Source: an uncultured Acidobacteriota bacterium (GTDB lineage Bacteria; Acidobacteriota; Thermoanaerobaculia; Gp7-AA8). From it: 64,000 nucleotides of DNA. The position numbers and the translations under genes are program-made. The notes below the pieces were generated by a model. The model did not search any database and had not been told where the DNA came from. It saw only the letters and a program-made list of their open reading frames with translations. How positions within the stretch are numbered: position 1 is the stretch's first letter; each line of letters opens with the position of its first letter. Location of the stretch: assembly GCA_963741955.1 (NCBI GenBank), contig CAVUKB010000007.1:608001-672000 (forward strand), read 5' to 3'. This document shows positions 39,550 through 48,505 of this stretch, one piece after another.

Positions 39550-40938
39550 ATGCCCACGACGCCAGCGAAGCTCCTAGCCTCGATCGAATCGGGATCGATC
39601 CCTCCGGTGATTCTCGTCGGTGGCGACAACGAGTACCTCTCCCACTCCGCCTGGAACGCGATCCGCGAGCGGATCGTCGCGTCGAATCCCGACGTGAGCA
39701 TCGAGCCCTATCCCGAAGGGAGCGATCTCGGGTCGATCGTCGATTCCTTCCGCACCATGTCCCTCTTCGGCGGACAGAGACTCCTCCTCGTCCCGGAAGT
39801 GAACGCCTTCGTCACCCGGAAAGAGTTGGATTCGCTGCTGCAGAAAGCCGTGGGCGACTGGACGAGCGCGAAGACCGAGCGAAAGCGAACATCCGCGGTC
39901 GCGAAACTTCTTCACGTGCTGGGGCTGGTCGGCGCGGATCTCGAGGAGAGTGACGACTCGATCGCCGAGGCACTCGCCATCTCCAGACGACCTCCGGCGC
40001 TGGGAGAGATGCTCAGCGCTGCGAGAAGCTCGGGAAAGAAGCCGTCGAGGGGGGAAGGGGATGCCGCGCTTCTCTCGGAAGCCGTCGCGCATGGAGGAGC
40101 CAACGGCACGATCCTGCTCATGCGTACCGGCGAGATCCCGCTCGATTCCGCGACCGTGGCCGCGATCGATCGCGCAGGGGCGGTGGTGGTCTGCAACCTG
40201 ACGCAGGAAGAGTTCCCGAAAGCGTTCGAAGAGGGAGTCAGAGAGATCGTTTCTGCGATGGAGGTCTCGATCGACGTCGCCGCGGTGAAGCTGCTCCAGC
40301 AGAAACTCGGAATCGAGCGCGTACTGACCGACAAGTTCTCGAAAGAGGTGCCGGATCTCAGGATGCCTCTCGCGGAGCTCGAGCGGCTGGCGACGTTCGT
40401 CGGTCGGGGCGGTCGGATCACAGCGCGGGTCGTCGACGAACAGATCGCATCCGTGGCCGGAGGCGCACGGTACGAGTTCGCGTCGTTGTACTCCGAGCGG
40501 AAGCCGGTCGAGGCGATCGCAAAACTGCGCGATCTGGTCGCCCAGTCACGCCGGGATGATCCGAACATGCCGGTCGACATGCATTTCGGGAAGTATCTTT
40601 TCGCGCTCGCGGAGGAAGTCCGGCAGCTGATCGGGGTGCGATCGTTCGTCCGGAAGAATGGAATCGATCCGAAACGCTCCATCCCGTACAACCGCTTCAA
40701 GGAGTCGCTCGCTCCCGCTCTCGGCGAGTTCCTGGTGCAGCACCGTCTCGCCCGGCAGCGGCTTCATCCGTTCGCCCTCTTCAGGAAGTTCGAAGCGGCA
40801 GCGGGATTTTCGGAGCAGCAGCTGCTCGAGACGCTCGAACAGATCGCGAAGATCGAGGTCGACCGGAAGTCGGGAGGCATCGGTGCAGAGCTCGGACTCG
40901 AATCGCTGGTGTTGAGCTCGGCGGCGCCGCGGAAATGA
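39550..40938 (+). CDS. holA: DNA polymerase III subunit delta-like protein (with internal insertion)
   Basis: PVILVGGDNEYL, SFRTMSLFGGQRLLLV, ELERLATF, HPF, DRKSGG. Confidence 0.7.
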   Translation: MPTTPAKLLASIESGSIPPVILVGGDNEYLSHSAWNAIRERIVASNPDVSIEPYPEGSDLGSIVDSFRTMSLFGGQRLLLVPEVNAFVTRKELDSLLQKAVGDWTSAKTERKRTSAVAKLLHVLGLVGADLEESDDSIAEALAISRRPPALGEMLSAARSSGKKPSRGEGDAALLSEAVAHGGANGTILLMRTGEIPLDSATVAAIDRAGAVVVCNLTQEEFPKAFEEGVREIVSAMEVSIDVAAVKLLQQKLGIERVLTDKFSKEVPDLRMPLAELERLATFVGRGGRITARVVDEQIASVAGGARYEFASLYSERKPVEAIAKLRDLVAQSRRDDPNMPVDMHFGKYLFALAEEVRQLIGVRSFVRKNGIDPKRSIPYNRFKESLAPALGEFLVQHRLARQRLHPFALFRKFEAAAGFSEQQLLETLEQIAKIEVDRKSGGIGAELGLESLVLSSAAPRK

Positions 40939-40949
40939 ATTTCGGATTT

Positions 40950-40965
40950 TGTGATCTGGATCACG
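40950..40965. promoter_or_regulatory. CRP/FNR-family binding site
   Basis: TGTGA-TCTGGA-TCACG (9/10 match to TGTGA-N6-TCACA); CATATT at 40987-40992 fits class II spacing. Confidence 0.55.
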
Positions 40966-41047
40966 TTCTGCGCGATGAGGTCGGGCCATATTGATGCCGG
41001 TTCGGTTGAACCACCCCGTGATCAGGACGGGGCTCAAGAATCGGGCA

Positions 41048-41078
41048 GTGAAAAAGGGGCGTAAAGCCCCTTTTTCAC
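41048..41078. terminator. Bidirectional-type intrinsic terminator hairpin
   Basis: GTGAAAAAGGGGC-GTAAA-GCCCCTTTTTCAC. Confidence 0.7.
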
Positions 41079-41121
41079 GTTTGGGCGGTCTTCCGAAACG
41101 GGGGCCCCCAGGAGGCTGAGA

Positions 41122-42228
41122 ATGAAACTGACGAAGTTTTTCCCCCTTCTTCTCATCATTGCGTTGGGGCTCGTGGCCGGTTGTCAGAAAGAGCGCAGCG
41201 TGGCCGGCCCGATCGGATCGTCGAGCATTCAGGGATCGGTGGTCCTCGAGTCGGATCTGGTGGGACGCAACCCGGCCGGAATCGAAGTTCGCGTGCGTGG
41301 AACCGGACTGCGAACCCAGACCGACGCCGCGGGGCATTTCCAGCTCTTCGGCGCTCCGGAAGGAAGCATCGAGCTCGGTTTCTCGCGATCCGACGGAATC
41401 TCCGCCGTTCTTCAGACCAGCGGCGTCGCAGCACAGAGTCTCGTGGTCGGCCTCAGCTCGAACAGTGCGCATTCACGCCGTCGCGGAGTGGGGCATCCGG
41501 GAGTGGAGATCGAGGGAGTGGTGACCGCGGTCGCCGCGGATTCGATCTCCGTCACGACTGAAGGCCATGGTGACTACGACGTCGCAGTCAACGAGGACAC
41601 CATCGTACGCAAGGGAAATCAGATCCTCACCATCGCGGACGTCAAGGTCGGCGATCGCGTACACGTGAAAGCGCGACAGGAAGAAGACAAGAGCCTCACC
41701 GCGGTCGAGATCAAACTCCAGGGCGGCGAGTCGCAAGCCAGGACGGAGCTCGCCGGGACGATCAGTGTGCTCGGCGACGGCGAGTTCACGCTCACGGATG
41801 CGGGCGGAACGGATTGGACCATTCAGGTGACCGACTCCACCGAGATCCGCGACCGGAACAACTCCCTCACGGTTGCCGATCTTCAGGTCGGCTGGAACGT
41901 GAAAGTCCTCGGGACGAAGGTGGACGACACCACTGTCTCGGCGATCCGGATTCAGGTCGAGCACGACGGAAGCACCGAGACGAACGCCGATTTCGATGGG
42001 ACGATCACGTCGATCGATGCGTCGAGCTTCGTCCTCCACACCGAAGAAGGGATGGACGTCACGGTCGATGTCGATTCGAACACCGTCATCCGTGAAAAGA
42101 ACCAGCTCCTCGCGTTCTCCGATCTCGCGGTGGGAGACGAGGTCTCGGTAGAAGGGGTCGACGAAGGTGGCGGCGCGGTTCTGGCGACGCGCATCCAGAG
42201 ATCGCCGTCGAACAACGGCCATCATTGA
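41122..42228 (+). CDS. Lipoprotein with three DUF5666-like repeats
   Basis: Lipobox LVAGC; three repeats of G.I/V...V...T.IR.....L...D/L.VG..V.V......A..I. Confidence 0.8.
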   Translation: MKLTKFFPLLLIIALGLVAGCQKERSVAGPIGSSSIQGSVVLESDLVGRNPAGIEVRVRGTGLRTQTDAAGHFQLFGAPEGSIELGFSRSDGISAVLQTSGVAAQSLVVGLSSNSAHSRRRGVGHPGVEIEGVVTAVAADSISVTTEGHGDYDVAVNEDTIVRKGNQILTIADVKVGDRVHVKARQEEDKSLTAVEIKLQGGESQARTELAGTISVLGDGEFTLTDAGGTDWTIQVTDSTEIRDRNNSLTVADLQVGWNVKVLGTKVDDTTVSAIRIQVEHDGSTETNADFDGTITSIDASSFVLHTEEGMDVTVDVDSNTVIREKNQLLAFSDLAVGDEVSVEGVDEGGGAVLATRIQRSPSNNGHH

Positions 42229-42310
42229 TCGAACGACTACAGATTGTCTGCTCTGTCTCGGACGGGCGCGCGGGGAAGTGACGAGAAGGACTACGATCCA
42301 GAGCAGCAGA

Positions 42311-42343
42311 GAGGGGCGCGGAAACGCGCCCCTCATTTTTTTT
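42311..42343 (+). terminator. Rho-independent terminator
   Basis: GAGGGGCGCG-GAAA-CGCGCCCCTC then ATTTTTTTT. Confidence 0.85.
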
Positions 42344-42350
42344 GGCCTAG

Positions 42351-42509
42351 GAGTCTGCGCGATAGAAACGGTCCTACTGCGAAAGCGGATCAGCGGTCCA
42401 AATCCGTCCGGATTTTCGGCGAGTAGCCACCGCTACGCACCTCAAATCCGAACGAATTTGGCCTCGCCGCTCCGCTTTCTCGCTACGAACGTTTCTACCG
42501 CGCAGACTC
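42351..42509. mobile_element. 159-bp MITE with IS1182-type terminal inverted repeats
   Basis: CTAG|GAGTCTGCGCGATAGAAAC ... GTTTCTACCGCGCAGACTC|CTAG. Confidence 0.9.
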
Positions 42510-42551
42510 CTAGGCGACGGAATCCGGCTCAGCTTGCGATAATGTCGGACC

Positions 42552-43802
42552 ATGTCTTCACTTCGAGACGTTCCCGGTTCGGCATGGAAGGCACTCTTCG
42601 CAGCCCAGCTCGGCTGGATGCTCGACTCGATGGACTTCCTTCTGTTCATCTTCGCCCTCAAGGCGGTCCAGAAGGAGTTCGGGCTGTCGGGCGGTGCGAT
42701 GGGGATCCTCACTTCCGTCGCCCTGGTGGCGGGAGCAGTCGGAGGAATCGCGTTCGGCCGGCTCGCTGACCGCATCGGCCGCGTCCGCGCGATGTCATTC
42801 AGCATCGTTCTCTACTCGCTGGCCACCGCGGCTCTCGCGACGTCACATTCGCTCACCGAGTTCATCCTCTGGCGGACGCTGGTCGGCCTCGGAATGGGAG
42901 GGGAGTGGTCGAGTGGGTCGGTTCTGGTCGCCGAGACGTGGCCGGCGGAACACCGGGCGAAGGCAATCGGTCTGATGCAGGCCGGATGGGCGATCGGCGC
43001 ACTCGCTGCGGCCGGACTCACCGCACTCCTCCTCGAGCCGTTCGGTTGGCGGGTTCTCTTCCTGGTCGGAGCGCTTCCCGCGGTCATTGCACTGATCATC
43101 CGGCGCACGGTGAAGGAACCGGAGATCTGGAGAGAGCAGCGAAAGCAGCCGCCGAGCGGCTCCGTATTCGCGAAGATGTTCCGGCCGCCGCTCTTGAGGC
43201 GTACCGTTCTCGCCTCCCTCACCGCGAGCTCGGTGCTGATCGCGTACTGGGGGATCATGTCGTGGCTTCCCGCATTTCTCGCCACGCCGGTGAAGGAAGG
43301 GGGAGCGGGGTTGAGTATGACCGGTTCGGCGGAGTGGATGATTGCCGTGCAGGTTGGGGCATTCTTCGGCTACGTGACCTTCGGTCTCCTTGCGGACAAG
43401 CTCGGGCGCCGTCCGGCGTTCACCCTCTTCATGGTCGGCGCGGCGATCACCGTCCCGATCTACTCGAACGCGGCGACGTTCGCGACCGTGCTGATCCTCG
43501 TCGGGCCGCTGGTCGGCTACTTCGCCCACGGCTACTTCTCTCTCTTCGGAGCGTATCTCGCGGAGCTCTACCCCACCGCGATCCGGGCCACCGCGCAGGG
43601 CTTCTGCTACAACATCGGGCGCCTCGCGTCGGCGGCTGCCCCGTTCGCGATCGGGCTCGCGGCGGACCGCAACGGACTCGGCGCGGCGCTCGCGATCACA
43701 TCCGGGTTCTTCCTCGTCGCGGTGATCTTCATCTGGATGCTTCCCGAGACGCGGGGGTCCGAGCTCGCGACGATCACCGCCGGAGGTGTGGCCGATGCGT
43801 GA
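42552..43802 (+). CDS. MFS transporter (sialate/carboxylate:H+ symporter-like)
   Basis: GWMLDSMDF, GRLADRIGR, GLGMGGEW, ETWPAEHRAKA, ELYPT.IRAT. Confidence 0.9.
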   Translation: MSSLRDVPGSAWKALFAAQLGWMLDSMDFLLFIFALKAVQKEFGLSGGAMGILTSVALVAGAVGGIAFGRLADRIGRVRAMSFSIVLYSLATAALATSHSLTEFILWRTLVGLGMGGEWSSGSVLVAETWPAEHRAKAIGLMQAGWAIGALAAAGLTALLLEPFGWRVLFLVGALPAVIALIIRRTVKEPEIWREQRKQPPSGSVFAKMFRPPLLRRTVLASLTASSVLIAYWGIMSWLPAFLATPVKEGGAGLSMTGSAEWMIAVQVGAFFGYVTFGLLADKLGRRPAFTLFMVGAAITVPIYSNAATFATVLILVGPLVGYFAHGYFSLFGAYLAELYPTAIRATAQGFCYNIGRLASAAAPFAIGLAADRNGLGAALAITSGFFLVAVIFIWMLPETRGSELATITAGGVADA

Positions 43803-44568
43803 GATCGAGCTTAGCTGTGATCTCGGTGAGGCGACGGATGATGAGGCCGTTCGCACCGAGGAAGCGATCTGGCCGCTGATCGGTGCGGCAAACGTGGCGT
43901 GCGGAGGGCACGTCGGCGACCGCGCTTCGATGTCCCGCGCCGTCTCGATGGCGCGGCAGTTCGGCGTGGTGCTCGGCGCGCATCCTTCCTACCCCGATCC
44001 CGCGAACTTCGGCCGCGTCTCGATGAAGATCCCGGAGGGAGCGCTGGTCGAGAGTCTCGTCCGTCAGATCTGCGCACTCGCCGCGATCGCTTCCGAAGCG
44101 GGCGTACCGCTGCGGCGCATCAAGGCCCACGGCGCGCTGTACAACGATGCGCATCGGGACGCGAAGCTCGCAGGTTGCGTCGCGCGCTCGGCGGTGGCGG
44201 TCGACCCCGCCCTTCTCCTGGTCGGGCCGGCGGGCTCGGCGTTGGAAAAGGCCGCTGCGGGGGCAGGCCTACAGTTTGTACGGGAAGCGTTCGGCGATCG
44301 CCGTTACACCTCGTCGGGAACCCTTGTGCCGCGATCGAGGGAAGATTCGCTGCTGCTCGATCTCGACCAGGCTGCCGGTCAGGTCGTCTCGCTCGCGAGA
44401 GCGGGACAGGTGACCTCCGTGGATGGAGTGTCGGTCGCAGTTGCGTTCGACACCGTGTGCGTTCACGGCGACATGCCCGGCGCGGTGGAACGGATCCGTA
44501 CCATCCGTGCCTCTCTCCGGGAGGGAGGGTTCAATCTCGGCGCGGTGACTCAGGAACCGGATCGGTAG
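43795..44568 (+). CDS. pxpA: LamB/YcsF family protein (5-oxoprolinase subunit A)
   Basis: CDLGE, ANVACGGH.GD, GAHPSYPD..NFGR, IKAHGALYN, EAFGDRRY, DTVCVHGD. Confidence 0.88.
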   Translation: MREIELSCDLGEATDDEAVRTEEAIWPLIGAANVACGGHVGDRASMSRAVSMARQFGVVLGAHPSYPDPANFGRVSMKIPEGALVESLVRQICALAAIASEAGVPLRRIKAHGALYNDAHRDAKLAGCVARSAVAVDPALLLVGPAGSALEKAAAGAGLQFVREAFGDRRYTSSGTLVPRSREDSLLLDLDQAAGQVVSLARAGQVTSVDGVSVAVAFDTVCVHGDMPGAVERIRTIRASLREGGFNLGAVTQEPDR

Positions 44569-45503
44569 CTCTCCAGCGTCTCCCGGATCGCCTCTTCGAC
44601 GGGCGTGTAGTCGAACGACGGCACGAGGCGCCGGAGCTTCGCGTCATCGAGCACCACGCTGTCGTCGAAGAGATAGCGAAGCTCGAAGAGCTCGCGCACC
44701 ACGGGATTGAAGAGCGCCACCAGACGAAGCATGCTCCATGGCGTGCGCCGGACAGCGAGGTTCGGCCTCCCCGCGACCGAGGCGACGGTGCGGAGGAATG
44801 CACGCTGCCGATCGGTGTAGCCGCCGACGTTGACGATCTCGAACGGCTCGAGCGATGCGGCGATGTCGAGGAGATCGGCCGCCGCGCTCGCAACGTCCGG
44901 CACGTACACCCACTGATGCAACGCGTCGCCATTGCCGAGGTAGCGAATCGATTTGCCGCGCGCTGCGTTGCCGAAGATCGGATCGACCAGTCCGTGTCTT
45001 ACGGTGGGGCCGAAGTAGTCGCCGGCACGGACCACGACGGCTCGGATCTCTTCACCGAGCGTGGCGGCCTGCAGGCGCTGCTCGAGGGTGACGCGGAGAC
45101 GTCCTTTTCTCGAATCGGGGCGATTCGGCGTCTCCTCGTCGAGAGGATGGCCCGTCTGCGATCCGAGTCCGTAGACGTTTCCCGGGAAGATGACGGTCTC
45201 GACGTGCCGTCCCGCGGCGATCACATTCTCCGTCGCACGGATCATGGTCGGATCCCACTGGTGATACGGGACGTTGATCGCGTGGACGATCGCCGCGCAG
45301 CCGCGGGCGACCTCATCGAGCCGGTCGCGGTCGAGCACGTCTCCAGAGACGAAATCGACGCCGTTTCCCCCGAAGTGCGACCGGGCGCGAGCGAGATCTC
45401 GCGCGATGGCGCGGACGGGCCGCCCGCGGCGGAGCAACTCTCGTGTGATCGCACCGCCGAAGCTCCCGGTCGCGCCGAGAACGAGGATCGGCTTCGTTTC
45501 CAT
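44550..45503 (-). CDS. NAD-dependent epimerase/dehydratase (atypical SDR)
   Basis: VLGATGSFG, FPGNVYG, KGRLR..LE, RAGDYFGP, YVPDVA. Confidence 0.85.
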   Translation of the reverse strand: METKPILVLGATGSFGGAITRELLRRGRPVRAIARDLARARSHFGGNGVDFVSGDVLDRDRLDEVARGCAAIVHAINVPYHQWDPTMIRATENVIAAGRHVETVIFPGNVYGLGSQTGHPLDEETPNRPDSRKGRLRVTLEQRLQAATLGEEIRAVVVRAGDYFGPTVRHGLVDPIFGNAARGKSIRYLGNGDALHQWVYVPDVASAAADLLDIAASLEPFEIVNVGGYTDRQRAFLRTVASVAGRPNLAVRRTPWSMLRLVALFNPVVRELFELRYLFDDSVVLDDAKLRRLVPSFDYTPVEEAIRETLESYRSGS

Positions 45504-45711
45504 GACGACCTCCTGATCCGGGCATTGGTTTCCTGCCGTCCATTCTCTTTCCGGAACATCGATGCGGCAAGCCGTGCCCTCGCGCCACGGGCGTCTGATG
45601 TTCCCTGCACCTTTCCGCGACCGCCGATTTCCAATATGGTTCGGGAGTCGAGCTCCGTCTGCCGCACGATCGCGACACGACGTTCGACGGCAGCAGACGG
45701 AAGGAGCCGGA

Positions 45712-46887
45712 ATGTACGACTTTGCGATCGTCGGCGGCGGAATCGTCGGGCTGGCAACTGCATTTCACCTCTCGAAACGATTCCCTGAATCGAAGCTGGT
45801 GGTTCTCGAGAAGGAACCGCGGTGGGCGGCGCATCAGACCGGTCACAACAGCGGCGTCATCCACAGCGGCATCTACTACAAGCCGGGGAGCCTCAAGGCA
45901 CGTCTCGCGACCGACGGAAACCGCTCGATGGTGGAGTTCTGCCGCCAGGAAGGAATCCCGCACGAGGTGTGCGGAAAGCTGATCGTCGCGACCGCTGAGG
46001 ACGAGCTCCCGCGGCTGGAGGCTCTCTTCCGGCGCGGCGGCGAGAACGGACTCCACGTGCGGCGCCTGACCGGAAGCGAGGCGGAGAAGATCGAACCGCA
46101 CGTGCGCTGCCTCGAAGCGCTCCACGTTCCCTCCACCGGGATCGTCGACTTCAGTGCCGTCTGTGACCGTCTCGCGGAGCGACTGGCGGCGCAGGGCACG
46201 GACCTGCGACTCTCCACCGCCGTCACCTCCATCCGACACGACGGAGTGCATCACCTGCAGACCGCCGGAGGAGAGATCCAGGCCGACTACCTGATCGGAT
46301 GCGCCGGCCTGCAGAGCGACCGTTTCGCGCAACTCGACGGCGTCGATCCCGGCGCGAAGATCGTTCCGTTCCGCGGCGAGTACTACGAGCTTCTCCCGGA
46401 GAGGCGCAATCTCGTACGCGGCCTGATCTATCCCGTTCCCGATCCCGCGTTCCCGTTCCTCGGCGTCCACTTCACCCGAATGATCGACGGGAGCGTCCAC
46501 GCCGGACCGAACGCCGTCCTCGCTTTCCAGCGCGAGGGATACCGGAAGCGCGACATCTCACTGCGCGACAGCTGGGACACGCTCACGTTCGCCGGCTTCT
46601 GGAAGCTGGCGGCGAAGTACTGGAAGTACGGGATGGACGAGATGGTCCGCTCGTTCAGTAAAGGAGCGTTCGTCCGATCCCTGCAGAAGATGATTCCGGA
46701 GATCGGGCGGGATGATCTCGTCCCCGCCGGATCGGGAGTCAGAGCGCAGGCGCTCCGTCCCGACGGCGCCCTCGTGGACGACTTTCTCCTCGTCCGCGGC
46801 GAGAGATCGCTCCACGTATGCAACGCCCCTTCCCCCGCCGCGACCGCTTCGCTCGAGATCGGACGGACGATTGTCGAAAGCATCTGA
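45712..46887 (+). CDS. lhgO: L-2-hydroxyglutarate oxidase
   Basis: GGGIVGLA, HQTGHNSGVIHSGIYYKPGSLKA, IYPVPDP.FPFLGVH, NAPSPAATASL; AAGGAG RBS. Confidence 0.93.
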   Translation: MYDFAIVGGGIVGLATAFHLSKRFPESKLVVLEKEPRWAAHQTGHNSGVIHSGIYYKPGSLKARLATDGNRSMVEFCRQEGIPHEVCGKLIVATAEDELPRLEALFRRGGENGLHVRRLTGSEAEKIEPHVRCLEALHVPSTGIVDFSAVCDRLAERLAAQGTDLRLSTAVTSIRHDGVHHLQTAGGEIQADYLIGCAGLQSDRFAQLDGVDPGAKIVPFRGEYYELLPERRNLVRGLIYPVPDPAFPFLGVHFTRMIDGSVHAGPNAVLAFQREGYRKRDISLRDSWDTLTFAGFWKLAAKYWKYGMDEMVRSFSKGAFVRSLQKMIPEIGRDDLVPAGSGVRAQALRPDGALVDDFLLVRGERSLHVCNAPSPAATASLEIGRTIVESI

Positions 46888-46910
46888 AAGGCATCGAGAA
46901 AGGCATCTAG

Positions 46911-48501
46911 GAGTCTGCGCGGTAGGACGAAACTTCGGCGCTTCCTGAAGATCTCGGAAGACGTCCACTCGCGAGCGGCACAACCGCGGCACCGAAGCGC
47001 CTTCAGGTTGATGGTGCCGTTCTCGGGGAGTTGGCAGCGCGAAACACTTGTTCGGCGGGACTTTTCGGGGGTTGGATACTGCTCTGCCGCGGCTATTCGA
47101 GCGCAACCAGAGCGCTCATTCGCTTTAGATTGATCACCAGGCACACCAGAGCCCATTCGCCGGCAACTTTGCGCATCCCGCGGAGACTGAATCGTCGAAA
47201 GCCGAGAACGTTTTTGACCCAGCCAAACACCGGTTCAACGATTGCCTTTCGCCGGCGATAGACCGCCTTGCCTGGAGGTGAGTCCAACTTCTGCTTCATC
47301 CGCAGAGTCGCGGGGAGCGTCGTCTCAGCTGCGGCTTCTTTACCTTCTCGTCCGAGAGAAACATAGGCATCGATCTTCTTCTGCTCCAACTCGATGAACG
47401 AGGTTTCCGATCTGTAGCCGGCGTCTGCAACAACCTGGTCGGGAGTTGTTTCGCAATTCTGTTCGACCACCTCGACCAAAGGCAGGAGTGATCCGCTGTC
47501 CGCCGCAGATTGTGTGATCTCGAATCCAACGATGAGTTGGTTATAGGCATCAACTGCGATCTGCGCGTTGTAGCACTGCTGAAATCCTTCCTGGGACTTC
47601 ATGATTCGGCTCTCGGAATCGGTGAAGTTTTCTTGCGCTTTGTCATCAGGTACGCCGAACTTCCGTTTGAATGGCTTACCCTTCTTCCTGGCCGGATCAT
47701 CGTCGCCTTCGGAGCGACCATCCTTCGTGTCCTGTTCCCGCTGCCGTTGTTCGAGTCGCTCTCGTGCCTCTTTGATTTTTTGGATACGAGTCTCCCGGCG
47801 CTGGAGCTCTTCGGGCAACTCATCCCCGCGTCGATCAACTCCGTACTCGGCATCCTCCCGGGCATCCTCCTCCGCCGCGGTGGCCAAAATGTCCGCGATC
47901 TCCTTCTCGAGTTTTGCTTGTTCCTTCTTCATCCGATCGTAGCTCATCGCCTTGTGCTTGCTGGCATTCGCTCGGACCTTCGACCCGTCGATTGCAATCC
48001 TCCCGAGCGTAACTAACCCTGTTTCCTGGGCGGTCCGAATGATCTGGACCAGTAAGGAGCTGAACGCGTCCACATGCTCGAGCCGAAAGTCGCAGATGGT
48101 TCGATGCGACGGAAAGTTCCCGGCCGCAAGATACCGGACGGCGACATCTTCATCGATCCGCCGGGCAATCTTGCGCGAGGAGAACGTTCCCGTCAGGTAC
48201 GAATAGATGATCAACTTGAGCATCATCCTTGGCTCGTACGGCTGCTTCCGTCTCCCGTCGCCTTTGTACGGCTCGTAGAATGCACTCAGATCGAGCTGAT
48301 CGACGATGTCGAAAACGAAGTGCGCCAAGTGACCCTCAGGGAGCCAGTCATATGGCGAGGGCGGAAGCAGCAGCGACTGCTCCGGTCGGTATGGCCTATA
48401 CGTGGTCGGCATGACCCAATCTTACCATATTATTGTTATTACTAATCATACCCTTTTATCATGTTCCTTTGCCGTGCACCGGTTTTCTACCGCGCAGACT
48501 C
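46911..48501 (-). mobile_element. IS1182-family insertion sequence (copy a)
   Basis: TIRs GAGTCTGCGCGGTAG / CTACCGCGCAGACTC; CTAG at 46907-46910 and 48502-48505. Confidence 0.92.
47093..48412 (-). CDS. IS1182-family transposase
   Basis: QSLLLPPS..WLPEGHLA, Y.PRMMLK, FSSRKIA, IDGSKVRANASK, NFTD.ESRIM, ADAGY, VEPVFG..K. Confidence 0.93.
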   Translation of the reverse strand: MPTTYRPYRPEQSLLLPPSPYDWLPEGHLAHFVFDIVDQLDLSAFYEPYKGDGRRKQPYEPRMMLKLIIYSYLTGTFSSRKIARRIDEDVAVRYLAAGNFPSHRTICDFRLEHVDAFSSLLVQIIRTAQETGLVTLGRIAIDGSKVRANASKHKAMSYDRMKKEQAKLEKEIADILATAAEEDAREDAEYGVDRRGDELPEELQRRETRIQKIKEARERLEQRQREQDTKDGRSEGDDDPARKKGKPFKRKFGVPDDKAQENFTDSESRIMKSQEGFQQCYNAQIAVDAYNQLIVGFEITQSAADSGSLLPLVEVVEQNCETTPDQVVADAGYRSETSFIELEQKKIDAYVSLGREGKEAAAETTLPATLRMKQKLDSPPGKAVYRRRKAIVEPVFGWVKNVLGFRRFSLRGMRKVAGEWALVCLVINLKRMSALVALE

Positions 48502-48505
48502 CTAG

